NCBI GenBank assembly: GCA_965214935.1
Contig: CBDCCS010000021.1
Location: 1-64,000 of the forward strand
Source: Candidatus Velthaea sp.
GTDB lineage: Bacteria > Vulcanimicrobiota > Vulcanimicrobiia > Vulcanimicrobiales > Vulcanimicrobiaceae
Direction of reading: 5' to 3'
Length of the DNA stretch: 64,000 nucleotides
Made by a program: the position numbers and the translations under genes. Positions 20,584 through 30,755 of the stretch are shown piece by piece. Under the pieces are notes generated by a model that did no database searches, was not told the origin of the DNA, and saw only the letters and a program-made list of their open reading frames with translations. Numbering within the stretch: the stretch's first letter is position 1; each line of letters begins with the position of its first letter.

Positions 20584-21647
20584 CGCTGCTGGGCGGCGAC
20601 GGTATCGGGCCGGAAGTAACCGCCGCGGCGCGGCGCGTCTTGGCGGCAGTGCTGCCCGACACGGTTTTCGTCGAAGCGGCCGTCGGTGCGGCGGCGATCG
20701 CTTCGCACGGCACCCCATTACCGCCGGAAACCATCGCAATCTGTGAAGCTGCCGACGGCATCTTATTCGGTGCGGTGGGCGGGCCGGGCTTCGACGGCAT
20801 TCGCCCCGAGCAGCGTCCCGAAGCCGGTATCCTCGGCTTACGTAAACACTTCGGGTTGTATGCCAACGTACGGCCGTCCCGCGTTTATCCGGGGCTCGAA
20901 GATCGCTCGCCGCTTCGGACGCACATCGTGCGCGGGATGGACCTTGTTATCGTACGCGAGCTCGTCGGCGGTTTGTATTTCGGCACCAAGTCACTGGAAG
21001 TTGAAGCCGGCGTAATGACCGCGCGGGAAGAGCTGCGCTATACCGCCGATGAAATCGAGCGGGTCGTTCGCTTCGCGTTCGAGCTGGCGCGGACGCGTCG
21101 CCGCCGCTTGACCTCGATCGATAAGAATAACGTGCTGATCAGCTCGCAGCTGTGGCGCAGCATCGTCGTCGAGCGCGCGGCGGAATTTCCGGACGTCGAT
21201 GTCGAGCATCTCCTAGTCGATAATGCGGCAATGCAGCTGGTACGCGAGCCCGGCCGGTTCGATGTCATCGTTACCGAGAACATGTTCGGCGATATTCTCT
21301 CCGATGAAGCAGCAATGATCACCGGCTCGATCGGCACCGCGCCGAGCGCCAGTCTCGGCGTCTCGAACGGCGATCGGCGTTTCGGTTTGTACGAGCCGAT
21401 TAGCGGAACGGCGCCGGATATCGCCGGACGTAATCTGGCCAATCCAACCGCGGCGATCTTGTCCGCGGCAATGCTGGCACGCTTTTCTCTCAACGACGCG
21501 CGATCGGCCGCTGCAATCGAAGCGGCAACGGCGCGAGCGCTAGCCGGTGGACCGCGCACGGCCGATCTCAGTGGGCCGGACGACGTCCCCGCAACGACCG
21601 CAGAGTTTACGCAGAGCGTGCTGGACGCACTCAGAGCGCGCGTCTAG
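20571..21647 (+). CDS. leuB: 3-isopropylmalate dehydrogenase
   Basis: GDGIGPEV, IVRELVGGLYFG, VDNAAMQL, NMFGDILSDEA, GTAPDIAG; TTG start after GGGAGG. Confidence 0.95.
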   Translation: MPHVALLGGDGIGPEVTAAARRVLAAVLPDTVFVEAAVGAAAIASHGTPLPPETIAICEAADGILFGAVGGPGFDGIRPEQRPEAGILGLRKHFGLYANVRPSRVYPGLEDRSPLRTHIVRGMDLVIVRELVGGLYFGTKSLEVEAGVMTAREELRYTADEIERVVRFAFELARTRRRRLTSIDKNNVLISSQLWRSIVVERAAEFPDVDVEHLLVDNAAMQLVREPGRFDVIVTENMFGDILSDEAAMITGSIGTAPSASLGVSNGDRRFGLYEPISGTAPDIAGRNLANPTAAILSAAMLARFSLNDARSAAAIEAATARALAGGPRTADLSGPDDVPATTAEFTQSVLDALRARV

Positions 21648-23581
21648 AACCCGCACGCGGCGGGGTAACGCGATTCTTCGAGCAGGTGCGTCGCCTCTTC
21701 GGCGGGCACCGCTTGGCTGTAGAGAAAGCCCTGCGCAGCATCGCATCCGAGTTCGGCCAGCATGCTCCGCTGAGTGATCGTTTCGACACCCTCGGCGATG
21801 ACCGACAGTCCGAGTTCATGAGCGAGGGATACGATCGAACTCACGATCACGAAATCGGCCAAGCCGTCATCAGCGCCGCTGACGAAGGAACGGTCGATCT
21901 TAATGCGGTCGAGTGGAAAGCGCCGCAAATAATTGAGCGACGAGTAGCCGGTGCCGAAATCATCGAGATAGATGCGAATGCCGAAACGGCGCAGATCTTG
22001 CAGGGTCGCAATCGATGCATCGACATCGCCGATCAGTACGCTTTCGGTGACTTCGAGGGCGAGTAACTGCGGGTCGAGGCGGGCGGCCAGAACGATCGAC
22101 TTTACTTTTGTTGCGAAATCGAGTTCGGCTAACTGCTTGGCGGAAACGTTGACCGCGGTAATCACCGGCTCGAAGCCTGCAGTTTGCCAGCGGCGCGCCT
22201 GTATGCACGCCTCGCGGAGAACCCAATCGCCTAATTCGACGATCAATCCCATCTGTTCGGCCACTTCGATGAAGTGAGCGGCACTCACGAGCACGCCGTC
22301 TTCCGCCTCCCAGCGCAAGAGGGCCTCGAAGCCGGTGACCGCTCCGTCTCCCTGTAACGACATGACCGGCTGATACGCCAGGCGAAACTCCTGGCTGTCC
22401 AGTGCGTGACGCAACGCGACCTGCATCTCGGTTTGATAGGCGAACTGGTCGCGCAATGCCGTCGTGAAAATCGTGCAGCGGTTGCGTCCGAGGTCCTTGG
22501 CGGCATACATCGCGATGTCGGCATCGCGCAAAATCTCTTCGGTCGTCGTGTACGATTCGTCGACGAGCACGATACCGATGCTCGCCGTAACGCGGATGTC
22601 GCTCGCGCTGCTCAAACTCGAACTCAATACGGTCGCAATGCGCGCGGCCAGCGCATAGGCGGCATCTTCGGTTGCGGCACCGTCGACGAGCATGGTGAAC
22701 TCATCGCCGCCAAGTCGCGCGACGGCATCGCCCGAGCGAATGACGTCGGTCAAACGCCGGCTTACCTCGACGAGGAGCGCGTCGCCTGTCGAATGACCTA
22801 GCCGATCGTTGACGGTCTTGAAGCGGTCGAGATCGATGAAGCAAATGGCGAAGCGCTTCTCGCGGTCGGCCTTGAAGCGTTCGAGCGCCGTCTCGAGTCG
22901 CGAAAAAAACTGGAGCCGGTTCGGCAACTTCGTCAAACCGTCGTGCGACGATGAGAAGCTGAGCTGCTGCTCGATTCGCTTGCGCTGCGCGATTTCTTCG
23001 CGTAATTCGAGTTCGATCCGTTGCTGACCGGCCGTGACTTCGCGAAGCTGGGCGATCGTTGAGCGTTGCGCGATGAGCGCCGTTACGCTGCGGCTGGCCA
23101 GCCGCAAGACCTCCAGCTGGCTCTCGGTTAACTCACGCGAACGCGTATCGATCACACATAGTGTGCCGAGAGCAAAGCCATCGCCGTCAACGAGCGGCAC
23201 GCCCGCGTAGAAGCGGATCTTGGGATCGCCGGTTACGAGCGGATTGTCGCAGAAGCGCGGATCGCGCATTGCATCCGGTACGATCATGAGCGTCTCGGGC
23301 TCGAGAATGGCGTGCCCGCAAAACGATAAATCGCGCGGCGTCTCCGGCGCATCAAGGCCGAAGCGCGACTTGAACCATTGCCGCTCCGCGTCAACTAGGC
23401 TCACGACGCTCATCGAAGTATCGCAGATCGCCGCGACCAGCGCGGTGATCGCGTCGAAGTCCGAGTCGCACTCGGAGTCGAGCAGGCGCGAGCGCCGCAA
23501 CGCAGCCAGGCGGGCCGGCTCGTTGACGGCTTTAAGTGGAGCGATCAAAAGAATCTCGCTAACGGTGATGTGTTCTTTCAC
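21644..23581 (-). CDS. GAF-GGDEF-EAL c-di-GMP signalling protein
   Basis: GAF (SFCGHAI, RFYAGVPL), RxxD I-site plus GGDEF, EALLRW, DDFGTGYSSL. Confidence 0.95.
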   Translation of the reverse strand: MKEHITVSEILLIAPLKAVNEPARLAALRRSRLLDSECDSDFDAITALVAAICDTSMSVVSLVDAERQWFKSRFGLDAPETPRDLSFCGHAILEPETLMIVPDAMRDPRFCDNPLVTGDPKIRFYAGVPLVDGDGFALGTLCVIDTRSRELTESQLEVLRLASRSVTALIAQRSTIAQLREVTAGQQRIELELREEIAQRKRIEQQLSFSSSHDGLTKLPNRLQFFSRLETALERFKADREKRFAICFIDLDRFKTVNDRLGHSTGDALLVEVSRRLTDVIRSGDAVARLGGDEFTMLVDGAATEDAAYALAARIATVLSSSLSSASDIRVTASIGIVLVDESYTTTEEILRDADIAMYAAKDLGRNRCTIFTTALRDQFAYQTEMQVALRHALDSQEFRLAYQPVMSLQGDGAVTGFEALLRWEAEDGVLVSAAHFIEVAEQMGLIVELGDWVLREACIQARRWQTAGFEPVITAVNVSAKQLAELDFATKVKSIVLAARLDPQLLALEVTESVLIGDVDASIATLQDLRRFGIRIYLDDFGTGYSSLNYLRRFPLDRIKIDRSFVSGADDGLADFVIVSSIVSLAHELGLSVIAEGVETITQRSMLAELGCDAAQGFLYSQAVPAEEATHLLEESRYPAACGF

Positions 23582-23626
23582 ATCGGCGATAGCGCGGAGT
23601 TCCGTTAGGCAACAAGCCGACCGGCG

Positions 23627-24082
23627 TTAACTGCCGGCCAGACTCGTGCGAAGTGCTCGTAATTCTTCACGCAGGCTTGCGAACGCATCGGCGTCGAGAG
23701 CCGCCTTCGCTGCGACCGTCGAGCGTAACGCATCCATGTGCTGCTCGACGGCAACGCCCCGACCGGTCAGTTGAACGAGCACGGAGCGCTCGTCGCCCAG
23801 CGAACGGCGACGCGTCACGTAACCGAGTGTTTCGAGCCGCCGCAGCACCGGCGTAAGCGTGCCGGAGTCCAGAAAGAGGCGGCGCCCAATCTCCCCGACG
23901 AGCTGCTCGTCGGTCTCCCAGAGCACGAGCAGCACGAGATATTGCAGATATGTCAGCCCGAACGGTTTAAGCAGCGGCGTATAGTTCCGCTGCATCGCGT
24001 TCGCTGCGGCATACAATGCAAAGCAAAGTTGACTGTCGAGCCGGCCGGTCGACTCCGGTGTTTCGGCCGAGCCGCCGGTCAA
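23627..24082 (-). CDS. ohrR: Organic hydroperoxide resistance regulator, MarR family
   Basis: [10 protein letters not shown] sensing Cys, [22 protein letters not shown]; follows ohr; TTG 24082 start inferred. Confidence 0.92.
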   Translation of the reverse strand: MTGGSAETPESTGRLDSQLCFALYAAANAMQRNYTPLLKPFGLTYLQYLVLLVLWETDEQLVGEIGRRLFLDSGTLTPVLRRLETLGYVTRRRSLGDERSVLVQLTGRGVAVEQHMDALRSTVAAKAALDADAFASLREELRALRTSLAGS

Positions 24083-24086
24083 CGGC

Positions 24087-24533
24087 TCAGCGAACGGCGA
24101 CGGTTTGCGCGGCGTCCGTGGTGACCGCAAGGCGCACCGGTATGTTATTACGCGTCGCATTCGAATACGGGCATACGGCGTGAGCCGCGTTTACAAGTTC
24201 TTGCGCTTTCTGCGCATCGACACTCGGGAGCGAAACCGCGATGTCGACTTCGAGTGTGAAACCGCCGGTCTCGTTCGGCCCGATTCCGACCGTCGTTGAT
24301 ACCGTCGAGTTGTGGATCGAAAGCTTTTGCTGTCCGGCCACGAGCTTGAGTGCACCGTGAAAACACGCGGCATAACCAGCCGCAAAGAGCATCTCGGGAT
24401 TTGGCTTGTCGCCGCCGGGTCCACCGATCGCCTTCGGCACCGCGAGTGACAAATCGAGGATGCCGTCGGTCGAACGGACCGCACCGTCGCGGCCGCCGGT
24501 CGATACCGCGGTCGTGGTATAAGCAACTGCCAT
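24087..24533 (-). CDS. ohr: Organic hydroperoxide resistance protein
   Basis: GGRDG, NPEMLFAAGYAACF, VCPYSNATRNNI. Confidence 0.96.
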   Translation of the reverse strand: MAVAYTTTAVSTGGRDGAVRSTDGILDLSLAVPKAIGGPGGDKPNPEMLFAAGYAACFHGALKLVAGQQKLSIHNSTVSTTVGIGPNETGGFTLEVDIAVSLPSVDAQKAQELVNAAHAVCPYSNATRNNIPVRLAVTTDAAQTVAVR

Positions 24534-24556
24534 ATTATTTCCTTACATAGATCGTT

Positions 24557-24594
24557 TTCAATTAAATTGTACGCGATCAATACGGCGCCGTCAA
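24557..24594 (-). promoter_or_regulatory. ohr promoter with overlapping OhrR operator
   Basis: Minus strand TTGACG-N17-TACAAT; the -10 is part of TACAATT-T-AATTGAA, close to the TACAATT-N-AATTGTA OhrR box. Confidence 0.8.
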
Positions 24595-24660
24595 GGGCGA
24601 CCGGCAATTCGCGGTGCTCAGACCGGGTTAAGGCGCAATTTCACGGGCAGACTTTCGCAT

Positions 24661-24984
24661 ATGCCGTCCCCGCCCGAACTGCGCGCGCCGGTCTCCAGCG
24701 TCCGTAAAGAAAGCCGCGCGGTCGTTTTGATTTGCAGCAGCTGTCCGGCCGGCCGAAAGATTCGCCGGCGCGTCAAAGCAGCTGTAAAAAGCGAACAGCG
24801 GAAAAGCGTTGTACGCGTGATTGCATGCGGTTGTCTTGACGTTTGTCCAAAACGTGGTGCAGCCGCGCTGATCGCATCCTCGCTCGAACCGGTCCGCCGG
24901 ATCGTCATCGCCGGTCAGGCGGACGGAGCGGCAGTGCTGACGATTCTACTGAACGAGCGTATGCGTGACGCCGTTGCGAACTAA
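24661..24984 (+). CDS. Small thioredoxin-like (2Fe-2S) ferredoxin-family protein
   Basis: VLICSSC..VIACGCLDVCP Cys pattern. Confidence 0.65.
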   Translation: MPSPPELRAPVSSVRKESRAVVLICSSCPAGRKIRRRVKAAVKSEQRKSVVRVIACGCLDVCPKRGAAALIASSLEPVRRIVIAGQADGAAVLTILLNERMRDAVAN

Positions 24985-25518
24985 AATCGGCGGGGCGAGA
25001 AACGCTGTGGTTTCCGCCGGCTCGGCGATATGGACCTCGGCGACCGGAAGCGACGGCGGCGGCTGTTCGTGAATCGCCGGGCGGTCGATGAGCGCTAAAT
25101 GCGAACGTAATAACGACCGAATTTCGCTTTTGGCCTGCTCGGCGGTATCGAGTGCGCGTTGATGCTCGCGCCGTGCGTCACCGATGCGGTCGCCGAGCGA
25201 GGCAACTTCGCGTTCGGCTTGCATGCGTGCTTCCTGCTTGATGAGGTCGGCTTCCTTATGCGCCGCGGCCTTGACTTCGTCCGCAGTACGCTGCGCAAGA
25301 ACGAGCGTATGCTGCAGCGATTCTTCCATCGCTTTGAAATGGCTGATCCGTTCGCGCAGGTCGGCAATCTCAGCCTCGAGCGCCGCCCGAGCGGTCGCAT
25401 CGTCTTCAATTGTTTCGATGAGTTCGTCGAGGAACGCATCGACTTCACCACGGTCGTAGCCTTGCAGTTGCTTCTTGAACGACTTGTGCTGAATATCGAC
25501 GACGGTCAACCGGCTCAC
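24946..25518 (-). CDS. divIVA: DivIVA domain protein
   Basis: LTVVDIQHKSFKKQLQGYDRGEVDAFLD followed by coiled coil. Confidence 0.93.
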   Translation of the reverse strand: MSRLTVVDIQHKSFKKQLQGYDRGEVDAFLDELIETIEDDATARAALEAEIADLRERISHFKAMEESLQHTLVLAQRTADEVKAAAHKEADLIKQEARMQAEREVASLGDRIGDARREHQRALDTAEQAKSEIRSLLRSHLALIDRPAIHEQPPPSLPVAEVHIAEPAETTAFLAPPILVRNGVTHTLVQ

Positions 25519-25964
25519 GAAAAGCGCGTCCCGGTTGGATGCATCTTCGGCGCCAGATCGACGAGCCCGTCGGCATCGACCTGTTCGTGCAAGCCGTCGG
25601 AACTGACATTGACACCTGACGGCACGATGAGGTATATCGCGTCGGCGAGTTTTTGGATGCGCCCGTCGATCGTGTACGCAACGCCGGACGTAAAATCGAC
25701 GACGCGTTGCAGTAAGGTACGGTCGGCGCCTTGCAAGTTAACGATGCAGACTTGGCGCGAGCGCAACGCGTCCGCAACTTCCGTCACGTCGCCGAAATTA
25801 CGGGGCGCAAAAACAGAAACTGAACCGCCGCCGGCGCGACGCATTCCCTCCCCGATCGGGACGACGTTACGTTTACCGGTAGCCCCGGGTTCGGGATCGT
25901 ACAGTTCTTCGTCTTCATCGTCGGGAATCTTGAACCACGAACCAAGTTTGCCTAACATGCTCAT
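25515..25964 (-). CDS. sepF: Cell division protein SepF
   Basis: PRNFGDV..IVNL..RVVDFTSGVAYTIDG; sits between yggS and divIVA. Confidence 0.93.
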   Translation of the reverse strand: MSMLGKLGSWFKIPDDEDEELYDPEPGATGKRNVVPIGEGMRRAGGGSVSVFAPRNFGDVTEVADALRSRQVCIVNLQGADRTLLQRVVDFTSGVAYTIDGRIQKLADAIYLIVPSGVNVSSDGLHEQVDADGLVDLAPKMHPTGTRFS

Positions 25965-26626
25965 GCAAGTGCACCTTCCCGCGCGGGGCGCGGACCGAAG
26001 AGCGCCGATCCGATGCGAATCATCGTCGATCCGTGCGCGATCGCGTCTTCCCAATCATCCGACATACCAAGTGATAGCGTCGCGCCGCCGACTTGCGCAA
26101 ACGTCTCTGCGGCCAGCGCAAATGCATCGTTCACGTTTCCGTCGAGCGGACCGATCGCCATCACGCCGTCGACGTCGAGACCTTCGTCGCGCAGCCGTCG
26201 CGCGAGCGCCGGCGCTTCCGCCGGCATGACACCGAAACGCTCGGCCGGCGAGATATTGATCTGAATCAACGCGCGCAACGGCTTATCCACCGCGCGCGCG
26301 GCTTTGGCCAGCGCCAAACCGGCTTCGAGGCGGTCGACGCTTTGCACGACGTCAAAAAGCGCTGCGATTGCTTTAGCTTTATTCGTTTGCACGTGTCCGA
26401 TGAAATGCGTGCGCGCCGCCGGTAAATCGACAAACTTTGCACGCGCTTCCTGTAAGTAGTTTTCCCCGACGTCGGTCAGGCCCGCGGCGATGGCGGCGAT
26501 CACCATTTCGCGCGAACGCGTCTTGGTAACGCCGACGATATTTACCGAACCCGGAGCTCGTTGGGCGGCGCTCGTAATCTCTTCGACTCGCTCGCGCAAC
26601 TTTGCCACGGACGCGGTAATGTCCAT
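25961..26626 (-). CDS. yggS: PLP homeostasis protein, YggS family
   Basis: VGVTKT, GENYLQE, HFIGHVQTNK, LSLGMSDDW, RIGSALFG. Confidence 0.95.
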   Translation of the reverse strand: MDITASVAKLRERVEEITSAAQRAPGSVNIVGVTKTRSREMVIAAIAAGLTDVGENYLQEARAKFVDLPAARTHFIGHVQTNKAKAIAALFDVVQSVDRLEAGLALAKAARAVDKPLRALIQINISPAERFGVMPAEAPALARRLRDEGLDVDGVMAIGPLDGNVNDAFALAAETFAQVGGATLSLGMSDDWEDAIAHGSTMIRIGSALFGPRPAREGALA

Positions 26627-26638
26627 GGCCCGCACACT

Positions 26639-27448
26639 TCACCGGACGCGCGTATGCTTCCCGCGACGCAGCGACCAAATTAACAGGGCCAGACCGATGA
26701 AGATCTGCGGGATTGCCGCCAGCTGACCGCCCGACAGGCCCGCGACGGTGAATCCGGGCTCGCGCCAGATCTCGGCAATCGAACGCGTGATGCCGTATAG
26801 CGTAAACCAGGTCCAGGCTACGACGCCGTCCGCCGGGCGGCGACGATAGACCAGCAGGATCACCGGCAGCACCAAGATGTCGAGAATGCCCTCGAAAATC
26901 TGCGACGGATACCGGTAACCGCTATAATTCGGAAATGCGATGCAATACGGCCGGTCCGGGTCGCAGATCTTCCCTTGCAATTCATCATTGATAAAGTTAA
27001 CGACGCGGGTGAGCGCAATGCCGATCGGCAGCAGCACCACCACTTCGTCGGCGAGAACGTTGAATTCCAAGCCGCGATGTTTGCGCAAATACACCATGAT
27101 CGCGAGAATAACGCCGACGAGCGCGCCGTGGAACGCCATGCCGCCTTGCCAAACGGCAATGAAGTCGAGCGGATGTGAGAGATATTGCGCGAGATTGTGC
27201 TGCGTGATGATGTCGGCGATCACGAAACCCACCCGGCCGCCGATCAGCACGCCGACGAGCGCGTAGACGAGAAAATCTTGAATTTGATCGGTCGTCAAAC
27301 CCAAGCGCCTGCGGCCTGCCGGCCGGTTCATCCAGACGAAGACGCAGATGAAACCGGCCAGGTAGGACAAGCCGTACCAGTGCACGGCAAGCGGGCCGAG
27401 CCGGAAAGCAACCGGGTCGATGTTGGGGTAGGTAAACCAGTGGGTCAC
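26639..27448 (-). CDS. lgt: Prolipoprotein diacylglyceryl transferase
   Basis: VHWYGLSY, GGRVG, GGMAFHGAL, RVVNFINDEL, YPSQIFE. Confidence 0.95.
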   Translation of the reverse strand: MTHWFTYPNIDPVAFRLGPLAVHWYGLSYLAGFICVFVWMNRPAGRRRLGLTTDQIQDFLVYALVGVLIGGRVGFVIADIITQHNLAQYLSHPLDFIAVWQGGMAFHGALVGVILAIMVYLRKHRGLEFNVLADEVVVLLPIGIALTRVVNFINDELQGKICDPDRPYCIAFPNYSGYRYPSQIFEGILDILVLPVILLVYRRRPADGVVAWTWFTLYGITRSIAEIWREPGFTVAGLSGGQLAAIPQIFIGLALLIWSLRRGKHTRVR

Positions 27449-27542
27449 CCGGCGAGGTTACGCCGTCCCGCTCGCGACCTCCGCGCCCCGTACCAGGCCG
27501 GCGACGAGGCGCGCGTCGCTTGACAGCGGAAGTCAAAATGCC

Positions 27543-28268
27543 GTGCATCCCCAGCTCAACATCGCGACGGCATTTTTAGCCGGACTTTTCTCGTTCGTTT
27601 CGCCTTGCGTACTGCCGCTAATCCCGGCTTATCTGTCGTTTCTTACCGGTTCGAGCCTCGAAGAGCTCAAAGCTGAACGAAACGCTTCGCAGCGTTTACG
27701 GGTGCTGTTGCACGCCCTCGCGTTCATCGCCGGATTTACGCTGGTCTTTATGCTCATCGGTTTGTCGGCAAGCGCCGTCGGTTCCGCGTTTAGCGAATAC
27801 AAAGATTGGATCGCCCGCGCCGGCGGAACCGTCATCATCGTGCTCGGCCTCAACATGATCGGCGTGTTCAAGATTCCGTTTTTGGCGATGGATAAACGAC
27901 TACAGGTGCGCAGTGCAAACCGCTCCCTCGTCGCGTCGTTTCTCGTCGGCTTAGGATTTGCCGCCGGCTGGTCGCCGTGCATCGGACCGATCTTGTCGGG
28001 CATTATTCTGCTTGCATCGCAGGAGCAGATCGGTGCGGCTGCGTTCTTACTCTTCATTTACTCGATGGGTTTGGCGATCCCGTTTCTGTTAACGGCGGCC
28101 GCAATCACCCAGGCGCTCGGGCTGCTCAACGGCATTAAACGCTATATCGCTCCGATCGAGATCGGCGCCGGTGCTTTTCTCGTCGCTTCAGGACTGGTCT
28201 TGCTGACCGGTTCCTTCACGCGCATCGCCGGATTCTTCTACCAGTACGTGAGACCGCCGAGCCTGTGA
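27543..28268 (+). CDS. ccdA: Cytochrome c biogenesis protein CcdA / DsbD transmembrane domain
   Basis: AGLFSFVSPCVLPLIPAYL and GWSPCIGPIL. Confidence 0.93.
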   Translation: MHPQLNIATAFLAGLFSFVSPCVLPLIPAYLSFLTGSSLEELKAERNASQRLRVLLHALAFIAGFTLVFMLIGLSASAVGSAFSEYKDWIARAGGTVIIVLGLNMIGVFKIPFLAMDKRLQVRSANRSLVASFLVGLGFAAGWSPCIGPILSGIILLASQEQIGAAAFLLFIYSMGLAIPFLLTAAAITQALGLLNGIKRYIAPIEIGAGAFLVASGLVLLTGSFTRIAGFFYQYVRPPSL

Positions 28269-28714
28269 TACTGTGGCTCGTGGCGATCGTCGTGTTTGCG
28301 CTCGACAAGGTCACCAAACATCTCGTGCTGACGTCATTTATGCCGGGTGAAAGCCGGATCGTCGTTCCGCACCTTCTCTGGTGGACGTACGTGCAGAATA
28401 CGCACGGCGCATTCGGTCTATTCGGCAATTCGCCGGTACTGCTCGTTGTTTTAGCGCTGGCCGTCTTAGCGCTGTTTGCGTTCGCCTTTCGCGACGCAGC
28501 GCAACGTTCGCAACTCGTGCGCGTCGCGTTCGGCGCGATCGTCGGCGGCGCTGCCGGCAACATCGTCGACCGGTTACAGCAGCAGTTCGTCGTCGACTTC
28601 ATCGATTTTAAAACGATTTGGCCCAACGTATTCAACGTTGCCGATTCTTGCATCACGATCGGCGTGGTGTTGCTCATCCTCTCGTCGCTGCGGCGCGAAG
28701 AACGGCCGTCGTGA
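28265..28714 (+). CDS. lspA: Signal peptidase II
   Basis: DKVTK, NTHGAFG, GGAAGNIVDR, VVDFI, FNVADSCI. Confidence 0.95.
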   Translation: MILWLVAIVVFALDKVTKHLVLTSFMPGESRIVVPHLLWWTYVQNTHGAFGLFGNSPVLLVVLALAVLALFAFAFRDAAQRSQLVRVAFGAIVGGAAGNIVDRLQQQFVVDFIDFKTIWPNVFNVADSCITIGVVLLILSSLRREERPS

Positions 28715-29604
28715 CCGAACTGCGCGTCGATGCAGACGATGTCGGACGACGCGTCGACGTCGTACTGACACGGTTGACCGGCTTGTCACGCAGCTATGTT
28801 GCCGCTGCGATGAAAACCGGTTCCGTCGATGTGAACGGCAGTGTGGCAAAACCAAGCCGCATCCTTGAAGCCGACGATGTGCTCCGCTACTCGATCGCAC
28901 CGCCCGCAGCATATGAAGTGTTGCCCCAGGCAATACCGCTCGACATCGTGTTCGAAGACCAAACGCTGCTGGTCGTCAACAAGCCGGCCGGACTTGTATC
29001 GCATCCGGCGCACGGTTCGGCCGACGGAACGCTCGTGAACGCATTGCTCGCGCACGCCGGGGCGCTGCCGGGCGAACCGGCGCGGGGAGGCTTGGTGCAT
29101 CGGCTCGACCGCGACACGTCCGGCCTGCTCGTGGTCGCAAAAACCGAAGCGGCCCTTGCGACGCTTGGGCGCGCGATGCAGAAACGGTACATCAAGCGCG
29201 AGTACCGCGGACTCGTTGAAGGCGTCCTACGCGAACGCGAAGGAACGATTCGCGGTGCGCTCGGACGCGACGCGCGTAATCGACTGCGATATGCGATTCG
29301 CACGGACGGGAAGCCGTCGGTAACGCATTACGCAGTGCGCGAACAGTTTCGCAACGCCGCCGAATTAACGTTTCAATTGGAAACCGGCCGAACGCACCAA
29401 ATTCGCGTCCACCTTGCCGCGCTCGGTCATCCGATCGTCAACGATCCGCTTTACGGCCGGCCCGATTCGCGCATCGCGCTTCCCGGTCAGGCGCTGCATG
29501 CTTGGAAACTTGCATTCAAACACCCGGATACCAAAGAGTATCTTGCCTTCGAGATCGAGCCGCCGCCGGATTATCAGGCAGCGCTCACGTTTCTGCGCGG
29601 GTGA
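28711..29604 (+). CDS. rluD: RluA/RluD family pseudouridine synthase
   Basis: S4-like N-terminus, VNKPAGL, HRLDRDTSG, TGRTHQIRVH; GTGA overlap with lspA. Confidence 0.9.
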   Translation: MTELRVDADDVGRRVDVVLTRLTGLSRSYVAAAMKTGSVDVNGSVAKPSRILEADDVLRYSIAPPAAYEVLPQAIPLDIVFEDQTLLVVNKPAGLVSHPAHGSADGTLVNALLAHAGALPGEPARGGLVHRLDRDTSGLLVVAKTEAALATLGRAMQKRYIKREYRGLVEGVLREREGTIRGALGRDARNRLRYAIRTDGKPSVTHYAVREQFRNAAELTFQLETGRTHQIRVHLAALGHPIVNDPLYGRPDSRIALPGQALHAWKLAFKHPDTKEYLAFEIEPPPDYQAALTFLRG

Positions 29605-30725
29605 GCGGCGGCTTTGCGTTGCGCGCGACCTCGGGCGCGGCGCGGCGCGGTACGCTGACACTCGAGCACGGCAATCTCGAAACCCCGGCGTTTATGCCGG
29701 TCGGCACCGCGGCGACCGTCAAAGGTTTGACGCCGCGCGATCTGCGTGAAACCGGCGCCCAGATCGTCCTGGCCAACACCTACCACTTGTGGTTGCGGCC
29801 AGGCCGTGAGACCCTCGTCGCTGCAGGCGGCTTGCATCGCTTCATGGCCTGGGATCGCCCGATCCTCACCGATTCGGGCGGCTTTCAAGTGTTTAGCTTG
29901 GAGTCGCGACGACGGATCGACGACGACGGAGTGACGTTCCGCTCGCACCTCGACGGCAGTTCGCACCGCTTTACGCCCGAGACCGTGCTGGCATTTCAAG
30001 AAGACGCCGGCGTCGACATCGCTATGATGCTCGACGAATGCATCAAATTGCCGGCATCGGCGCAAGCCGTCGACGACTCGGTGCGCCGAACCGGCTTATG
30101 GGCTCGGCGGGCCGCGCAGGCTTGGCGTCGCGAACGGACCGCGCTGTTTGCCATCGTGCAGGGCGGCCTCGATGAACGCGCACGCGAACGCAGCGCCGCG
30201 GAACTGATCGCCCTCGATACAACCGGCTACGCAATCGGCGGTTTGTCGGTCGGTGAGACGCGCGAAGAAATGGTCCGTCTTACCCGCTTCACCGCCGCGC
30301 TATTACCGGTCACGAAACCGCGCTACCTCATGGGTGTCGGCACGGTACGCGATCTCATCGCCGCCGTGGACTGCGGCATTGATATGTTCGACTGTGTCTA
30401 TCCGACCCGCTCGGGCCGGCACGGCCGCGCGCTCACGCGCAGCGCCGAACTCAATCTGCGCAATGCGCGCTTCGTGCACGACTATACACCGCTCGACGCA
30501 CAGTGCGATTGCGAAGTCTGCACCAGCTTTACGCGCGCCTATCTCGCGCATCTAATCCGCTCCGACGAGCTGCTCGGGATGCGGCTACTTTCCTATCACA
30601 ACGTCTATTTGCTCAATGCGCTCATGTCTGAGGCGCGCGCCGCAATCGAAGCTGATGCGTGGGCGACGTTTCGCGACGCGCTCTTCGTCGATGTCATGCG
30701 CTACAGCGAGCGGCCCGCCGTATAA
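29601..30725 (+). CDS. tgt: tRNA-guanine transglycosylase
   Basis: TPAFMPVGT, TDSGGFQVFSL, IGGLSVGE, DMFDCVYPTR, CDCEVC zinc site. Confidence 0.97.
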   Translation: MSGGFALRATSGAARRGTLTLEHGNLETPAFMPVGTAATVKGLTPRDLRETGAQIVLANTYHLWLRPGRETLVAAGGLHRFMAWDRPILTDSGGFQVFSLESRRRIDDDGVTFRSHLDGSSHRFTPETVLAFQEDAGVDIAMMLDECIKLPASAQAVDDSVRRTGLWARRAAQAWRRERTALFAIVQGGLDERARERSAAELIALDTTGYAIGGLSVGETREEMVRLTRFTAALLPVTKPRYLMGVGTVRDLIAAVDCGIDMFDCVYPTRSGRHGRALTRSAELNLRNARFVHDYTPLDAQCDCEVCTSFTRAYLAHLIRSDELLGMRLLSYHNVYLLNALMSEARAAIEADAWATFRDALFVDVMRYSERPAV

Positions 30726-30755
30726 AGCGCACTACAATCCCGGGACGCTACGACT

